Positions 46,036 to 55,672 of a stretch of 59,725 bases of DNA are shown piece by piece. The translations under genes and the position numbers were made by a program. Source of the stretch: a virus (taxonomy: Duplodnaviria; Caudoviricetes); IMG/VR virus record IMGVR_UViG_3300045744_000002, positions 1 through 59,725 of that record; one strand, 5' to 3'. Under the pieces are notes generated by a model. That model had not been told where the DNA came from, searched no databases, and saw only the letters and a list, made by a program, of their open reading frames with translations. Position 1 is the stretch's first letter; every line of letters begins with the position of its first letter.

Positions 46036-46625
46036 AGCTTGTTGCTCCAGACCACGTTTTCGCAGGCACGTTGTTTCAGTGTACGGACGTCATCGATGTT
46101 CATATCGCCCTGTACCGCCATGCGTACTGTAAAGGCGACACCGTGCTTATTCTTTTTCATCATGGCTCGCGCGATGGCGTTATTTTCCGGACGACGAACA
46201 ACGCTCCAGACATAATCGTCGAAATTCGTCCATCCGTCGATCTGTAGCAATGGCCACACGTCGGGGTTAGTCGTCGCGCCTACGCGGCCGAGGAGACGCC
46301 GAATGGTTTTTTCCCATTCTTGTAGCGTCGGTTTGTCAATCGTCACGTCCGCTTCCGCAGTCACTTTCAACCGCGAATCGCTCCATTTGTTGCCACCCAA
46401 GGTAAGGTGAATCTCGCCGACAAAGCACACCGGCATTTGCATCGCACGCATAGGCGCCATGTGCCCCGTATTGACGTTGAATGATGCGTTACTACCTAAC
46501 AAGCTCGACGAAATAGTGCCATAGCCTTCCAGAAAATCATGCCAGTCATCCCACGTAATCGACGCATCGTCGAACTTAATAACGGCATCAGGCGCTACTG
46601 TGCGTGTAGAAGTATAGTCATCCAT
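46032..46625 (-). CDS. Hypothetical protein (197 aa)
   Basis: Long ORF coupled to its neighbour; lower GC. Confidence 0.7.
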   Translation of the reverse strand: MDDYTSTRTVAPDAVIKFDDASITWDDWHDFLEGYGTISSSLLGSNASFNVNTGHMAPMRAMQMPVCFVGEIHLTLGGNKWSDSRLKVTAEADVTIDKPTLQEWEKTIRRLLGRVGATTNPDVWPLLQIDGWTNFDDYVWSVVRRPENNAIARAMMKKNKHGVAFTVRMAVQGDMNIDDVRTLKQRACENVVWSNKL

Positions 46626-46897
46626 TGGATCATAGTCTCACGACGACGGTTGAGGACTTCAAACGTGTTGCGCCCAAGCACCTGTTCGAGGTGGCTATCG
46701 CTCAACATCTGCCAGATGTCCGGATCAGGGTTGATGTCCCGCTCTTCAAAATGAGCAATGAGCGCGGCAGCCAGTCCAGCATTTGCCATGTCACGGTCGG
46801 CGATCGTAGTGCCGTTGAGATGCTCTACTACAACACGATTTTCGCTAATCACAATATCCGCTTCGGGTGGATAGGGCACTTTTCGACGCGCATCCAT
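46595..46897 (-). CDS. Hypothetical protein (100 aa)
   Basis: ATG 46897 overlaps the upstream TGA. Confidence 0.6.
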   Translation of the reverse strand: MDARRKVPYPPEADIVISENRVVVEHLNGTTIADRDMANAGLAAALIAHFEERDINPDPDIWQMLSDSHLEQVLGRNTFEVLNRRRETMIQWMTILLHAQ

Positions 46898-47769
46898 CAC
46901 AGCCCGAGCGATCGCATTTTTCTCAGCACTTCGTCTGCGGCTATCTTCGTACTGCTCGCCGCCTGGATGCTGCTCCGCAGGTCGTTCGCGTCGTATCGGC
47001 ATAGCCGTGCCTCGATGTCGTTGGCGAGCGTGGTCAGCTCGGGATTGTCGAAGATGTTCAGACCCTTCATAAGGCCCAACGTGTCGCGCAGGTTCTGGAC
47101 CATCGTGTAGGTGAACTGCTTGTTCTTGCCGTCGGCGGTCGGCGTGAGACGCTCGGCCACGCGCTCAATGTCGGCACGCAGCTGTCCAAACGCGCTGCGC
47201 TGAGCCTCGACGAACTGCGCCTTGACCTGCTCGCCGTACTGCTCATTGAGCACGCGAATTTGCTCAGGGCTGAGCCCGGTACGGACATCGTCATAGCCAG
47301 CGGGTACTGGTGACAGCGATGTGCGCATACCGAACTTGCCACGCACCTGCTCGGCCGTCGGATAGTCCTCGGGCTTGCCCATGTCGCCCAGCGCCTGCAA
47401 CGACTGCTGCATCAGCGTGGGATACTCGGCGATGAACGCATCGACGGCAACGTTGAACCGCTGCTCGATCACACCCAGTTCGCCAAGCAGCGTGAAAAGT
47501 TCCAGATTCGACACCAGGCGATTGCCGGCGTCGTCCCACGGTAACGACTTTTTCTCGACCAGATCGCGGGCTTCGCGAGCGATGCGAGAGATGGCCTTGA
47601 GCTGGTCATCCGCGCTTGCCATCAGGTACTTGTTCACGCGGCTGGCGTTGCTGGCCGCTTCCTTTTCGTCGTTGAGATCGCGCGTAACTTCCTTGTCCAG
47701 TTTGCGCGCGGACCAAATGGAAATGGTCAGGTAGATCAGTTGTGAACTGTGGTGTATATCATGGCTCAC
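46897..47769 (-). CDS. DUF3150-like protein
   Basis: LTISIWSARKLD...RVNKYL...LPW...RL...DYP motif series; GAGGA SD. Confidence 0.6.
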   Translation of the reverse strand: MSHDIHHSSQLIYLTISIWSARKLDKEVTRDLNDEKEAASNASRVNKYLMASADDQLKAISRIAREARDLVEKKSLPWDDAGNRLVSNLELFTLLGELGVIEQRFNVAVDAFIAEYPTLMQQSLQALGDMGKPEDYPTAEQVRGKFGMRTSLSPVPAGYDDVRTGLSPEQIRVLNEQYGEQVKAQFVEAQRSAFGQLRADIERVAERLTPTADGKNKQFTYTMVQNLRDTLGLMKGLNIFDNPELTTLANDIEARLCRYDANDLRSSIQAASSTKIAADEVLRKMRSLGL

Positions 47770-47790
47770 GTTCGTATCCTCGAATTGGGG

Positions 47791-47806
47791 GTTACCGATC
47801 GGTAAC
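47791..47806. promoter_or_regulatory. Palindrome GTTACCG-AT-CGGTAAC (copy 3)
   Basis: Between the vWA gene stop and the next SD. Confidence 0.7.
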
Positions 47807-48954
47807 TAGCAAATTTTGATGGTTTTGCCGTACGGGGCTTGCACATCGCTGGTGATGGCCCACACCACGGGCCGCTTGGGTGCGTTGCCGAACGGCGTGT
47901 AACCATCCGTCAGCACAGCGATGGAGTCGCACTTATCATCAACGGCGGCTTTGATACCTTCGGGCATATCCGTTCCGCCGCCTCCTGGAATTTTCCCTTG
48001 CAGGATTTTCTTAAGCTGCTGCCCGGTCTTGATCGTGTCGACGCGGTGCACTTCGGCATCCGTCCAGTACACTTTGATCTCGCGCGGCTTCGCATCCGTC
48101 AAGATCGCCGCCATGTGACCGCCGAACAGCTGCAGCAGCTCGTCGCTGATCGAGCCAGATGTGTCGACCACCACACCCACGCGGTTCGTTGCGAAGCCAG
48201 TGCGGCCTGGCATGATCACGCCTCGCGGAAGCATGTGCCGATTGAGCCGGCGCCACGTGCTGCGCTCGGTACCACGGAACGCTTCGAGCATCGCAGCACG
48301 CAGCATCGCCCATGGCGAGTGACGCGGCTTGGTCACTTCCTGGATGATCCGATCCATCCCGACCGGCAACGCGCCCATGGCCTTTGCTGTCGCTGCAGCC
48401 GACTGCACATCGGCAGGCGTGATGCCAGTGTTGCCGTTCGCCTGTGCCGCACCCTGGCTGATGTGCGTGTCCTGCCCGCTTTGACCGGCTTTGTTCGGCT
48501 GGTTATTCTGGCGCGGACGGTGCGGCAACGCTGCATAAATCTCAGCCGGCGTCATCGTGTGCGGGTACGCAGGGTCCCAGTACCAGTTCGGGTTCAGTGC
48601 GCCGATCTTGTTCTGCTTGATCACGTCATTTACGACGTAATCGCACGCTTCGTTATACTTGTCCGGATCGAACGCTTTGCCATCCGGGCCGATCATCGAC
48701 TGTGCATACATGTCGATGTCGACCACATGCGCCATTACCGCATGCAGCACTTCGTGCGTGATCGCAGCGATACCTTCGTCGTCGCTCAGCTTCTCGAAGT
48801 AGGGCGGATGCCAGTATAACGTGTCATGCGAAACCGCTAGCGTCGGGACGCTCTGCCCGGTCTCGTCGCGCTCGATGCGAAGCTTGGTAAGCAGCTGCCC
48901 AAAGAACGGCTGCCCGAGCAGGATCGCGGTATAGGAGTCGTCGAAGTTCGCCAT
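47806..48954 (-). CDS. Metallopeptidase-vWA protein (DUF2201-like)
   Basis: HEVLH; N.A.D..VN; MIDAS DTSGS, GGGTD, LTDG. Confidence 0.88.
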   Translation of the reverse strand: MANFDDSYTAILLGQPFFGQLLTKLRIERDETGQSVPTLAVSHDTLYWHPPYFEKLSDDEGIAAITHEVLHAVMAHVVDIDMYAQSMIGPDGKAFDPDKYNEACDYVVNDVIKQNKIGALNPNWYWDPAYPHTMTPAEIYAALPHRPRQNNQPNKAGQSGQDTHISQGAAQANGNTGITPADVQSAAATAKAMGALPVGMDRIIQEVTKPRHSPWAMLRAAMLEAFRGTERSTWRRLNRHMLPRGVIMPGRTGFATNRVGVVVDTSGSISDELLQLFGGHMAAILTDAKPREIKVYWTDAEVHRVDTIKTGQQLKKILQGKIPGGGGTDMPEGIKAAVDDKCDSIAVLTDGYTPFGNAPKRPVVWAITSDVQAPYGKTIKIC

Positions 48955-48957
48955 GGC

Positions 48958-50070
48958 TCAACTCCTTACGCGAATGTGGCGGCTCAGCTTCTGCACCAGC
49001 GTCTTGTTGTTCTTGATCCAGTCGCCGACGCCTTGCACCTTCGACAAACTGGTGTCACGGCGCAGCATCGCAGCAAGACCCACCACGGCGAAATTCCCGT
49101 CGAACCGCGTGATGTACTTCACCGCTGCATCCGCGTCCTGCTTCTGCACGCGCATCGCGGTCATCATCAGCGCGGCATAGCATTCATCGGGTTTCTTCGG
49201 CACCAACACCTTTTCCGGGTCAGCGATGATCTGCTCATACGACGGCAAGTTAGTCGCCATGTTCACCACGGCGATGATCTCAGCCGCCGCACCCTGGCCA
49301 ACAAAGCCGGCGATAACGGCGTGGCCTTTCTTGTCGGCCACCATGCCGGGCAGATGACCGGGCCAGCGACCGGCGACGTCGGACAGTGCGTGCACCGAGC
49401 GCGGCGTGCAGTACGGCTTGTCGTTCACCGAGAGGTCCGGCTCGCTAAAGATCGTGCCGGGCCGAATCTTAGCGAACGCCATCAGCTCCGGCTGGATGCC
49501 AGCCGTCGCGGCCCAATCCAACCAGTCGTCCACCTCCGGCGGCTTCACACCGATGATCGACAGGCGATTAATGACGTGGCTCAGCATGTCGTTCGCACCG
49601 GCATTGTCGCTGGTGCGGTTGCCGGCACACACCACCATCCAGCCAGGCGGCAGCTGGTACTCGCCGATGCGGCCGTCGAGTAGCAACGGCGCGACGGCTT
49701 TTTGCATCTCCGGCGTGGCCTGCCCGAACTCGTCCAGGAACAAGATGCCGCGCGGGCACTTGTCGATCAGGTGCGCAAACGGCGGACGCGTGAAGCGCGC
49801 CTGTCCATCCGCCGTCGGGATCAGGTACCCACGCACGTCCACTTCCGACATGGTCGCCAAGTGCTGCTCGACCACGGCCACCTCCTGGTGCGGGTCGTTG
49901 ATCGACTTCAGCCAGTCGCCGATGTCCTTGGCGGCGGCATGCACCAGGTCCGTCTTGCCGATGCCCGGCGCACCGGTGAAATACGGCGTGCGCTTGCTGC
50001 CGTAGAACGCCATCAGGATCGCAGGGATGTCCGTGGCGCGGATCGTCATTTCAGTCGCGGCGTTGCTCAT
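48958..50070 (-). CDS. MoxR-type AAA+ ATPase
   Basis: GAPGIGKT, LFLDE, AGNR, NRL, TPRS. Confidence 0.88.
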   Translation of the reverse strand: MSNAATEMTIRATDIPAILMAFYGSKRTPYFTGAPGIGKTDLVHAAAKDIGDWLKSINDPHQEVAVVEQHLATMSEVDVRGYLIPTADGQARFTRPPFAHLIDKCPRGILFLDEFGQATPEMQKAVAPLLLDGRIGEYQLPPGWMVVCAGNRTSDNAGANDMLSHVINRLSIIGVKPPEVDDWLDWAATAGIQPELMAFAKIRPGTIFSEPDLSVNDKPYCTPRSVHALSDVAGRWPGHLPGMVADKKGHAVIAGFVGQGAAAEIIAVVNMATNLPSYEQIIADPEKVLVPKKPDECYAALMMTAMRVQKQDADAAVKYITRFDGNFAVVGLAAMLRRDTSLSKVQGVGDWIKNNKTLVQKLSRHIRVRS

Positions 50071-50084
50071 GAGAGGGTCCTTTG

Positions 50085-50100
50085 GTTACCGACCGGTAAC
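50085..50100. promoter_or_regulatory. Palindrome GTTACCG-AC-CGGTAAC (copy 4)
   Basis: Abuts the AAGGA SD of the AAA gene. Confidence 0.7.
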
Positions 50101-50127
50101 GTTGTTATGGGAGCGGGAAAGGTAAAG

Positions 50128-50162
50128 CAATCATGGAGTTATCGCACGTAACTCCATGATTG
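50128..50162. promoter_or_regulatory. 14-bp-arm inverted repeat over the predicted transcription start
   Basis: CAATCATGGAGTTA-N7-TAACTCCATGATTG. Confidence 0.7.
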
Positions 50163-50164
50163 AA

Positions 50165-50193
50165 AGATTAAAATAAATTACATTTTATGTCAA
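50165..50193 (-). promoter_or_regulatory. Sigma70-type promoter for the AAA-vWA operon
   Basis: TTGACA-N17-TAATCT with an AT-rich spacer. Confidence 0.7.
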
Positions 50194-50393
50194 GAAAGGT
50201 TGAACGTCTCCAGCCAGTACCGCGCGGTGGCGTAGCCTTTGCCGACCACCACCGTGAAGTCCTTGCCGTCGATCACCTCGCAGCGACATCCTAGGCGCAG
50301 GCGGTCGAGCATTCGCAACAGCTCTTCGTACCGCTGCTGATCGCCCTCCGACAGGCGCCCGAAGTCGGAAGGCTGGGCGGCGCGACCGGCCAT
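50190..50393 (-). CDS. Hypothetical protein (67 aa)
   Basis: ATG overlaps the upstream TGA. Confidence 0.6.
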   Translation of the reverse strand: MAGRAAQPSDFGRLSEGDQQRYEELLRMLDRLRLGCRCEVIDGKDFTVVVGKGYATARYWLETFNLS

Positions 50394-51496
50394 CAGGCGT
50401 CCCCGCCGTCGTTGTACAGCCATGTCTCGTAAGCGAGCATGGTCTGGCCGCCCGGCGTCTGGCTGGCGTTGTAGCGCAGATGCTCCAGGTGCCACAGCAG
50501 GTAACCCACCGGACAGTTCTTGTCGGGCACGCTGGACAGTGCCGTGTGCAGCATCAGCAGCGCGGCCGTGTAGAGCCGATGGCGCTGCACGCTGCCTTTA
50601 CCCTTACCAACCACATCCCCCGCCTGCGCGGCGAACATGTGCGGCATCATCGCCATTAGGTCGCGCACCTGGCGCGGGCTGGCCGTCGTCGGTGGCGTCC
50701 CTTCCGGGTTCTTGTCGAACACGCTGGTGCCCTTGCTGGCGGTCATGAACGGCTGCGGTAGACCAAACTGACCGGCACCCGCGAGGGTGGGCGCAGGGGA
50801 CGGCGCAGGCGCGTCCTGGACGGGCATCGCGACGGCTTGCGCGGGCGCTGTGGCCGGCGTGTTGGCCGACGGGTAAGTCTGTTCCTGGACAGTAGCCGCT
50901 TCGCGCGCGGCACGCGCGGCATCGATCTGGGCAGCGGCTGCCGGGTGCATGGTCACCGTCGCGCCCATGACGGGACGCTCAACGGTCTCGCTCGTCTGGG
51001 CCGGCACGAACTCCGCGTCGAGCACTTCCGGATCGGGCTGCAGCTGCAACGTGGCGGGCGCTGGCGGCGTGCTGACAACCGGCTGCGGATCAGGATACGG
51101 ATCGCTCTTGGCGACCGGTGCAGGGGCTGGCGCTTGCACTTGGACGGGGCGCGCGGTGTACGTCGGCTGCACGAACGCCAACGGCTCCCACTTGCCATCC
51201 ACGGCCACGTGCAGGTTATCAGGCAGCGGCTGTCCAGCTTTCTCGCACAGGTCCACCAGCAACTGCGCGATCACGTGCGGGTGTGCGAAGCGTGACCAGT
51301 CCTGCGCCTGGAACGCGGGCAGCTGCTGCAACTGCTCGAATGTCCGGTCGAGGGGTGGGTTGGTCACGTAGTAGTCCTGCGGATTCGCGCCGTGCGTCTG
51401 GATGACGCCTTGCAAGAACGCGATCTGTTCGGGGCTACCGTCGAGGTAGCCGAGCAGCGCACTCACGGCGCCGGGATGGGCATGCAGCTTGATCAC
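50393..51496 (-). CDS. Hypothetical protein with Pro/Ala-rich linker (367 aa)
   Basis: AAGGAG SD; strong codon bias. Confidence 0.8.
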   Translation of the reverse strand: MIKLHAHPGAVSALLGYLDGSPEQIAFLQGVIQTHGANPQDYYVTNPPLDRTFEQLQQLPAFQAQDWSRFAHPHVIAQLLVDLCEKAGQPLPDNLHVAVDGKWEPLAFVQPTYTARPVQVQAPAPAPVAKSDPYPDPQPVVSTPPAPATLQLQPDPEVLDAEFVPAQTSETVERPVMGATVTMHPAAAAQIDAARAAREAATVQEQTYPSANTPATAPAQAVAMPVQDAPAPSPAPTLAGAGQFGLPQPFMTASKGTSVFDKNPEGTPPTTASPRQVRDLMAMMPHMFAAQAGDVVGKGKGSVQRHRLYTAALLMLHTALSSVPDKNCPVGYLLWHLEHLRYNASQTPGGQTMLAYETWLYNDGGDA

Positions 51497-51792
51497 TTGG
51501 GCGTCTCCTTTTCAAACGCATTGGCGAGGGTGGTCGCGAGGTTGAGCAAGTCGCGTACCTGTTTGTCATTGGCGATGGCTTGCGCCAACGCCGTGTGGGA
51601 AAAACCTTTGGTCAATCGCAGCCATGTGTCCGTGATCTCAGCGACTTTTTTCTCGCACTCTTGCGAGTCGGCAAGCATGCGGTCAAGGACAGCTTTACGG
51701 CGTGCGACCTGCTGAATATCTTTTTCGAGATCAGGATTTTCGTTCCGACCCTCCGTTAAGTCCATCTCTGCTTTGGTGGGTTCGATAGCCAT
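51493..51792 (-). CDS. Hypothetical protein (99 aa)
   Basis: ATG 51792 after GAGGA SD. Confidence 0.65.
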   Translation of the reverse strand: MAIEPTKAEMDLTEGRNENPDLEKDIQQVARRKAVLDRMLADSQECEKKVAEITDTWLRLTKGFSHTALAQAIANDKQVRDLLNLATTLANAFEKETPK

Positions 51793-51983
51793 TAATCCAT
51801 CCTCATTGCTTGATGTACGGCTTTGGCGAGATCGCGCGACAGCTTCAGCGCGGCATCGATGTCGAGCAGCGCGCAGACGACCGCGCCGTCTTCGGTGTCG
51901 ATGTCTACGCGAATGATGGTCGATGAGATGGCGCACACATCATGCGCATTGGCCGACAGGATCGGCGCGAGTTCACGGCGCAT
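51792..51983 (-). CDS. Hypothetical protein (63 aa)
   Basis: Fills the gap; coupled to the next gene. Confidence 0.55.
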   Translation of the reverse strand: MRRELAPILSANAHDVCAISSTIIRVDIDTEDGAVVCALLDIDAALKLSRDLAKAVHQAMRMD

Positions 51984-52320
51984 GGTGGGGGATCATGCGG
52001 ACGGGTGCGTAACGACCACCCGTTGCATCGGGGAAATCCGTCAGACTAATGATGATCCAGTCTGCCGCTTCTGCGCCGTTTGCAAAAACAACGTCTAGAT
52101 ACTCACCCGTGTCGTGGTCATAGACCAACCAGCATTCCGTGTTGACCGGCGCAATGCGCACTTCGTAGTGCTGAAAGTCCAGCCAGATATCGTCACGCGT
52201 GACAGGCGTCCAGTTTGGCATCGCGGCGCCGTCCTGGTCATGGTTAATCGAACGGACTTCGAGCATGCGGCCCTTCGCCTTGGCTTCGAGGATCGCGAGC
52301 ATGTGCTCGGTCTTGTTCAT
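51973..52320 (-). CDS. Hypothetical protein
   Basis: GGAG SD; EAKAKG..LE...W.DF..YEVRI motif. Confidence 0.7.
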   Translation of the reverse strand: MNKTEHMLAILEAKAKGRMLEVRSINHDQDGAAMPNWTPVTRDDIWLDFQHYEVRIAPVNTECWLVYDHDTGEYLDVVFANGAEAADWIIISLTDFPDATGGRYAPVRMIPHHAP

Positions 52321-52457
52321 GAGAGGCAAGCTCCAATGGCGGGTTCACTTTCGAGAGTGCTGCACCGGGTACATGGTAGGACATGATCCGGTGCAGCGGC
52401 GGCAAGTGTTAACGCAAATGCCGGTCCGCGTAGCCAGGCTCGGCGGACAGCGCAAAC

Positions 52458-52892
52458 CTAGCGGTAGGGCATATCTAAGTCAAGTTCCTTGATGACCCAC
52501 AGCTTCGCCCATGGGTCGTAAGCAGCTGGCGCGTTACCTGAGCGACCCACCGGTAATTCGTAGACGATAGCGCGTTTCGCCCTCGTCTCGAACTTACTCT
52601 TGAACGCAGTAAGCCCGAACACGCTAGCACCTGCGCCATTCTTGTAACGGTTGCGCGCAGTACAACGCGCATAGATACGACGCATCGCGGCTGTCGTATG
52701 CATAAACGCCGGATGATAATGTTCCTTAAGTACCCGGCTCACCAACACGCGCAGGTGATCAATCTCATGGGGTTTAACCCCCAGACTGAGCAAGTACATT
52801 TCGACCGCGAGATCGACATGCCAGCGTGGGTCAATATCCGGGACGGAATAATTTGTGCTGGCATTGCCAGACATCCAAGGTGGCATACTCAT
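52458..52892 (-). CDS. Hypothetical protein (144 aa, lower GC)
   Basis: Part of an ATGA-coupled series. Confidence 0.65.
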   Translation of the reverse strand: MSMPPWMSGNASTNYSVPDIDPRWHVDLAVEMYLLSLGVKPHEIDHLRVLVSRVLKEHYHPAFMHTTAAMRRIYARCTARNRYKNGAGASVFGLTAFKSKFETRAKRAIVYELPVGRSGNAPAAYDPWAKLWVIKELDLDMPYR

Positions 52893-53293
52893 GAGTGTGT
52901 CTTAAATATCTCGTCGACCAGCCAACCGGGCGGCTCAGAATGGATGTACGGGTCCGCCACGATGCCGCGATTCCTTGACCACACGATGCGCTTAATCATC
53001 GGCGGTAAACGACCGTCGTGGATGTTCGCGACCCATTTACTCGTACGTGTACCTACCGCATTAACCGGCTTGTTGAGTAACAGAATGCGCGTGTCGATGT
53101 GCGTATACCACGGGTGGTACAGCTCGCAAATATTCGCGACGGTGTACCACAGATGCGTACCGTCTGCATAAATTTCCGAAAGCAACTCCGCAAAATGGAT
53201 AGCTTCGTCATCGGGCATGCCGCTAGCGATGAATCCCATGTACAACTGGACATACTGAATCGGATCTTGGCGCGTGGATGCATTGCTGTTCAT
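52889..53293 (-). CDS. Hypothetical protein (134 aa, lower GC)
   Basis: ATGA-coupled; GGAGG SD. Confidence 0.7.
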   Translation of the reverse strand: MNSNASTRQDPIQYVQLYMGFIASGMPDDEAIHFAELLSEIYADGTHLWYTVANICELYHPWYTHIDTRILLLNKPVNAVGTRTSKWVANIHDGRLPPMIKRIVWSRNRGIVADPYIHSEPPGWLVDEIFKTHS

Positions 53294-53640
53294 GTGCTAT
53301 ACCCTCCTAGCCAATGTGGATTCCACTCGAGGGTGTCAACGTTGAACAATGCATTTCTATCGCTACGCTGAAGCTCAACGCTTAGCGGCCAGTAAGGATG
53401 GAAATGGTTGTTCATACGTATCCCAAACAACCAGGCGGACCGTCCATCGCAGCAACGCAGCTGACGCTGCATTTGTTGGATTTCGGTGTGATTGAAACCC
53501 TGCGCAATCGCAGACATGACGAACGCAGGGTTGGTACCGTCACCGAGCGCAACGGCGCGCTTCGTTCGACCAGCGCGCCGGTGAAACCAGTTGTCGTACT
53601 TGTTAGAAAAGTCGTAGTGATCGGTTTCCATATCACCCAC
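53290..53640 (-). CDS. Hypothetical protein (116 aa)
   Basis: Part of the coupled series. Confidence 0.65.
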   Translation of the reverse strand: MGDMETDHYDFSNKYDNWFHRRAGRTKRAVALGDGTNPAFVMSAIAQGFNHTEIQQMQRQLRCCDGRSAWLFGIRMNNHFHPYWPLSVELQRSDRNALFNVDTLEWNPHWLGGYST

Positions 53641-54001
53641 CCGTCAACCAATCCAAACTGTACAGTTCATACGATTTTTTGATCGCGATGATAAGTTCAT
53701 CCGACCATGGCGCAGGGATGATGCCGTTCTGGTCGATGATCACATACGCTGTATCACCCCTCGGACTTAAGAAATGACCGCCATCGTCTCGCGGTGAGCA
53801 TGTGAAAATGTCGCCGGTCGCAGCCACACCAATTTCATCATAGCGCCACTTGTTCGCCATGGTGACCAATTTCTCCACCACTTCCGTCGGTGGCACCGTG
53901 TCCGTGTTCGCGATGATGTCCAGCACCATCTGCGTCTCGGTGACGGTGACACGTTGTGGCAACTGCTCGGGTGTGCCCTGCATGATCGTGTTCATGGTCA
54001 C
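53633..54001 (-). CDS. Hypothetical protein (122 aa)
   Basis: GAGG SD; coupled. Confidence 0.65.
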   Translation of the reverse strand: MTMNTIMQGTPEQLPQRVTVTETQMVLDIIANTDTVPPTEVVEKLVTMANKWRYDEIGVAATGDIFTCSPRDDGGHFLSPRGDTAYVIIDQNGIIPAPWSDELIIAIKKSYELYSLDWLTGG

Positions 54002-54132
54002 AGCCTCGCGATGATCAACAAGAAAAACCCAACCAGGAACGCCACGCCGGTCAACGTACTGTGGCGTTCTTCGCCAGATTCGCGACCGATCGCGAACGCC
54101 ATCAGGGCAATGGCAATGAGTGTCAGGGTCAT
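53998..54132 (-). CDS. Small two-TM membrane protein (44 aa)
   Basis: MTLTLIAIALMAFAIG...VAFLVGFFLLIIARL; GGAG SD. Confidence 0.6.
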   Translation of the reverse strand: MTLTLIAIALMAFAIGRESGEERHSTLTGVAFLVGFFLLIIARL

Positions 54133-54461
54133 GATGTACTCCCGACCCAATAGGGTCTCCATTTTTCCTTGAACATGCCGGTGCTCGCCGAATGCTCCAG
54201 CGCTTCGTTGATCAGCGCGCACAGCTGCGCGTTGTGAACTTCATCTAGCATGTCAAGCTGGATGCCGTAGTGCTTGTCAACGGCTTTCAGGAACTCGTAC
54301 GTGCCGATCTGCAGGACACCTTGGTCGGGGATGTCGCGCGGCGATATCCCTGCGTCCAGCATCGTGTGACGAACCGTCGTGGTGTACCGCTCGGCGATCT
54401 GCGTCAACGCCACGACACGCTTGCCCTGGTTGATAATGCTGGTGTAATCGGTCGTGCTCAT
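54129..54461 (-). CDS. Hypothetical protein
   Basis: AAGGA SD; ATGA overlap. Confidence 0.7.
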   Translation of the reverse strand: MSTTDYTSIINQGKRVVALTQIAERYTTTVRHTMLDAGISPRDIPDQGVLQIGTYEFLKAVDKHYGIQLDMLDEVHNAQLCALINEALEHSASTGMFKEKWRPYWVGSTS

Positions 54462-54817
54462 GCGTTGTCCTTCATGCGGTCTTCCCACGTGGGATTTTCA
54501 TCGACACGGTTACCGGCCGGTAACTCGTGCTGCTGGTCCAACGCGCGCTGGATCGACGGTAGCGAATCACCGGGTGCTTTCGCCAGCTCGATGCCTTTGT
54601 TGCGCAGGGTGTTGGTGATATCGTCGATACGACGCGCGAATACGTCGCGCAGCTCGCCGATGGTGATCTGATAATCGCCGTCGCAGACGTTCACAACAAT
54701 CGGTGACTCGCCAAGCAATCCGGTCAGTGAGGCGATCGCTTGTTCTTCCGACTCCAAGCGGCTCAGCAGCTGGATCACCAATGTGCGGTCGTCCGCGCCG
54801 TACAGTTTTGCGGTCAT
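54458..54817 (-). CDS. Hypothetical protein (119 aa)
   Basis: ORF with consistent codon bias. Confidence 0.7.
   Translation of the reverse strand: MTAKLYGADDRTLVIQLLSRLESEEQAIASLTGLLGESPIVVNVCDGDYQITIGELRDVFARRIDDITNTLRNKGIELAKAPGDSLPSIQRALDQQHELPAGNRVDENPTWEDRMKDNA
54509..54524. promoter_or_regulatory. Palindrome GTTACCG-GC-CGGTAAC (copy 5, intragenic)
   Basis: Exact arms; about 48 bp upstream of the next gene start. Confidence 0.65.
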
Positions 54818-54838
54818 GGCTTCGTTCTCTCGATATGG

Positions 54839-55141
54839 TTAAAGGGTGAGGCGACCGCGCATATGGTCACCTTCATGATGATTGCCGGTGTAGTACGCGA
54901 TGATCTCCAGCGTGGCCTGCGCCGTGTCATCAGGCAGGTAATAGTGGATGACCGGTTGCGTCACCGTGTTGTAGCGCAAAGCAATGCGCTGGATGCGGCA
55001 ACCGGCCATGTGCGCAAGATGACCCAGCGTCACCGCGTCATCCGCCGTATGGCAGACGACGAAGCGCTTCATATAACCGGGCTTGGACAGCTCGAAAAAC
55101 TCACTGATCCATCCCGCCCAGTCCGGCTCGTGTGCAGCCAT
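54839..55141 (-). CDS. Hypothetical protein (100 aa)
   Basis: Fills the gap in the leftward array. Confidence 0.6.
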   Translation of the reverse strand: MAAHEPDWAGWISEFFELSKPGYMKRFVVCHTADDAVTLGHLAHMAGCRIQRIALRYNTVTQPVIHYYLPDDTAQATLEIIAYYTGNHHEGDHMRGRLTL

Positions 55142-55145
55142 GGTA

Positions 55146-55640
55146 TCAGCCGTGTTTCGTCATACGCGCGAACAGCTGGCGCACATGCTCGTCCGGCGTG
55201 GCCTGATCGTTGTCGCTGTTCGCGGCGTGCTGGGTGTACAGCGCGCGCAGCTTCGCGTTCAGCACGTTCACGTACAGACGGCGATCCACACCCAGCGCGG
55301 TCACGACGTGGTCCAGCAGCTCGGCCACGCATGCCGGGTGCACCGGCCGGCTGAGATCGTGCAGCACCCACCACTCGCTGACGGCGCGGGCGAGCGTCTC
55401 GACCAGCGGCCGGTCATCGGTGGTATGCCGCTGCGTGTCGGCGAGCGCCCGGTCCAGCGCACGCTGGGCCTTGGTGAGTGCGGCGTTATCGTCCTGCAGC
55501 TGGCGCACCTCGCGGGTCAGCGCTTCGTTGCAGCGGATGGCGGCATCGCGTTGCTTGGTAGTAGCGTCGATGTGGGTGCGCAGCGTGGTCAGCGCGTCCA
55601 GCACGATCTGGGCAATGCTGGGTTCGTTTTGGGCGGTCAT
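55146..55640 (-). CDS. Coiled-coil hypothetical protein
   Basis: ATG 55640 after GGGGA SD. Confidence 0.7.
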   Translation of the reverse strand: MTAQNEPSIAQIVLDALTTLRTHIDATTKQRDAAIRCNEALTREVRQLQDDNAALTKAQRALDRALADTQRHTTDDRPLVETLARAVSEWWVLHDLSRPVHPACVAELLDHVVTALGVDRRLYVNVLNAKLRALYTQHAANSDNDQATPDEHVRQLFARMTKHG

Positions 55641-55672
55641 GAAAGGTCCCCTAAGTGATTGGTGGCAAGAGC

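Noticed and set aside
46161-46925. NAIARA(M/V)M and NPD..W similarities among ORFs at 46.0-47.0 kb
   Set aside because: Too short, and one copy is in a shadow frame of the DUF3150-like gene.
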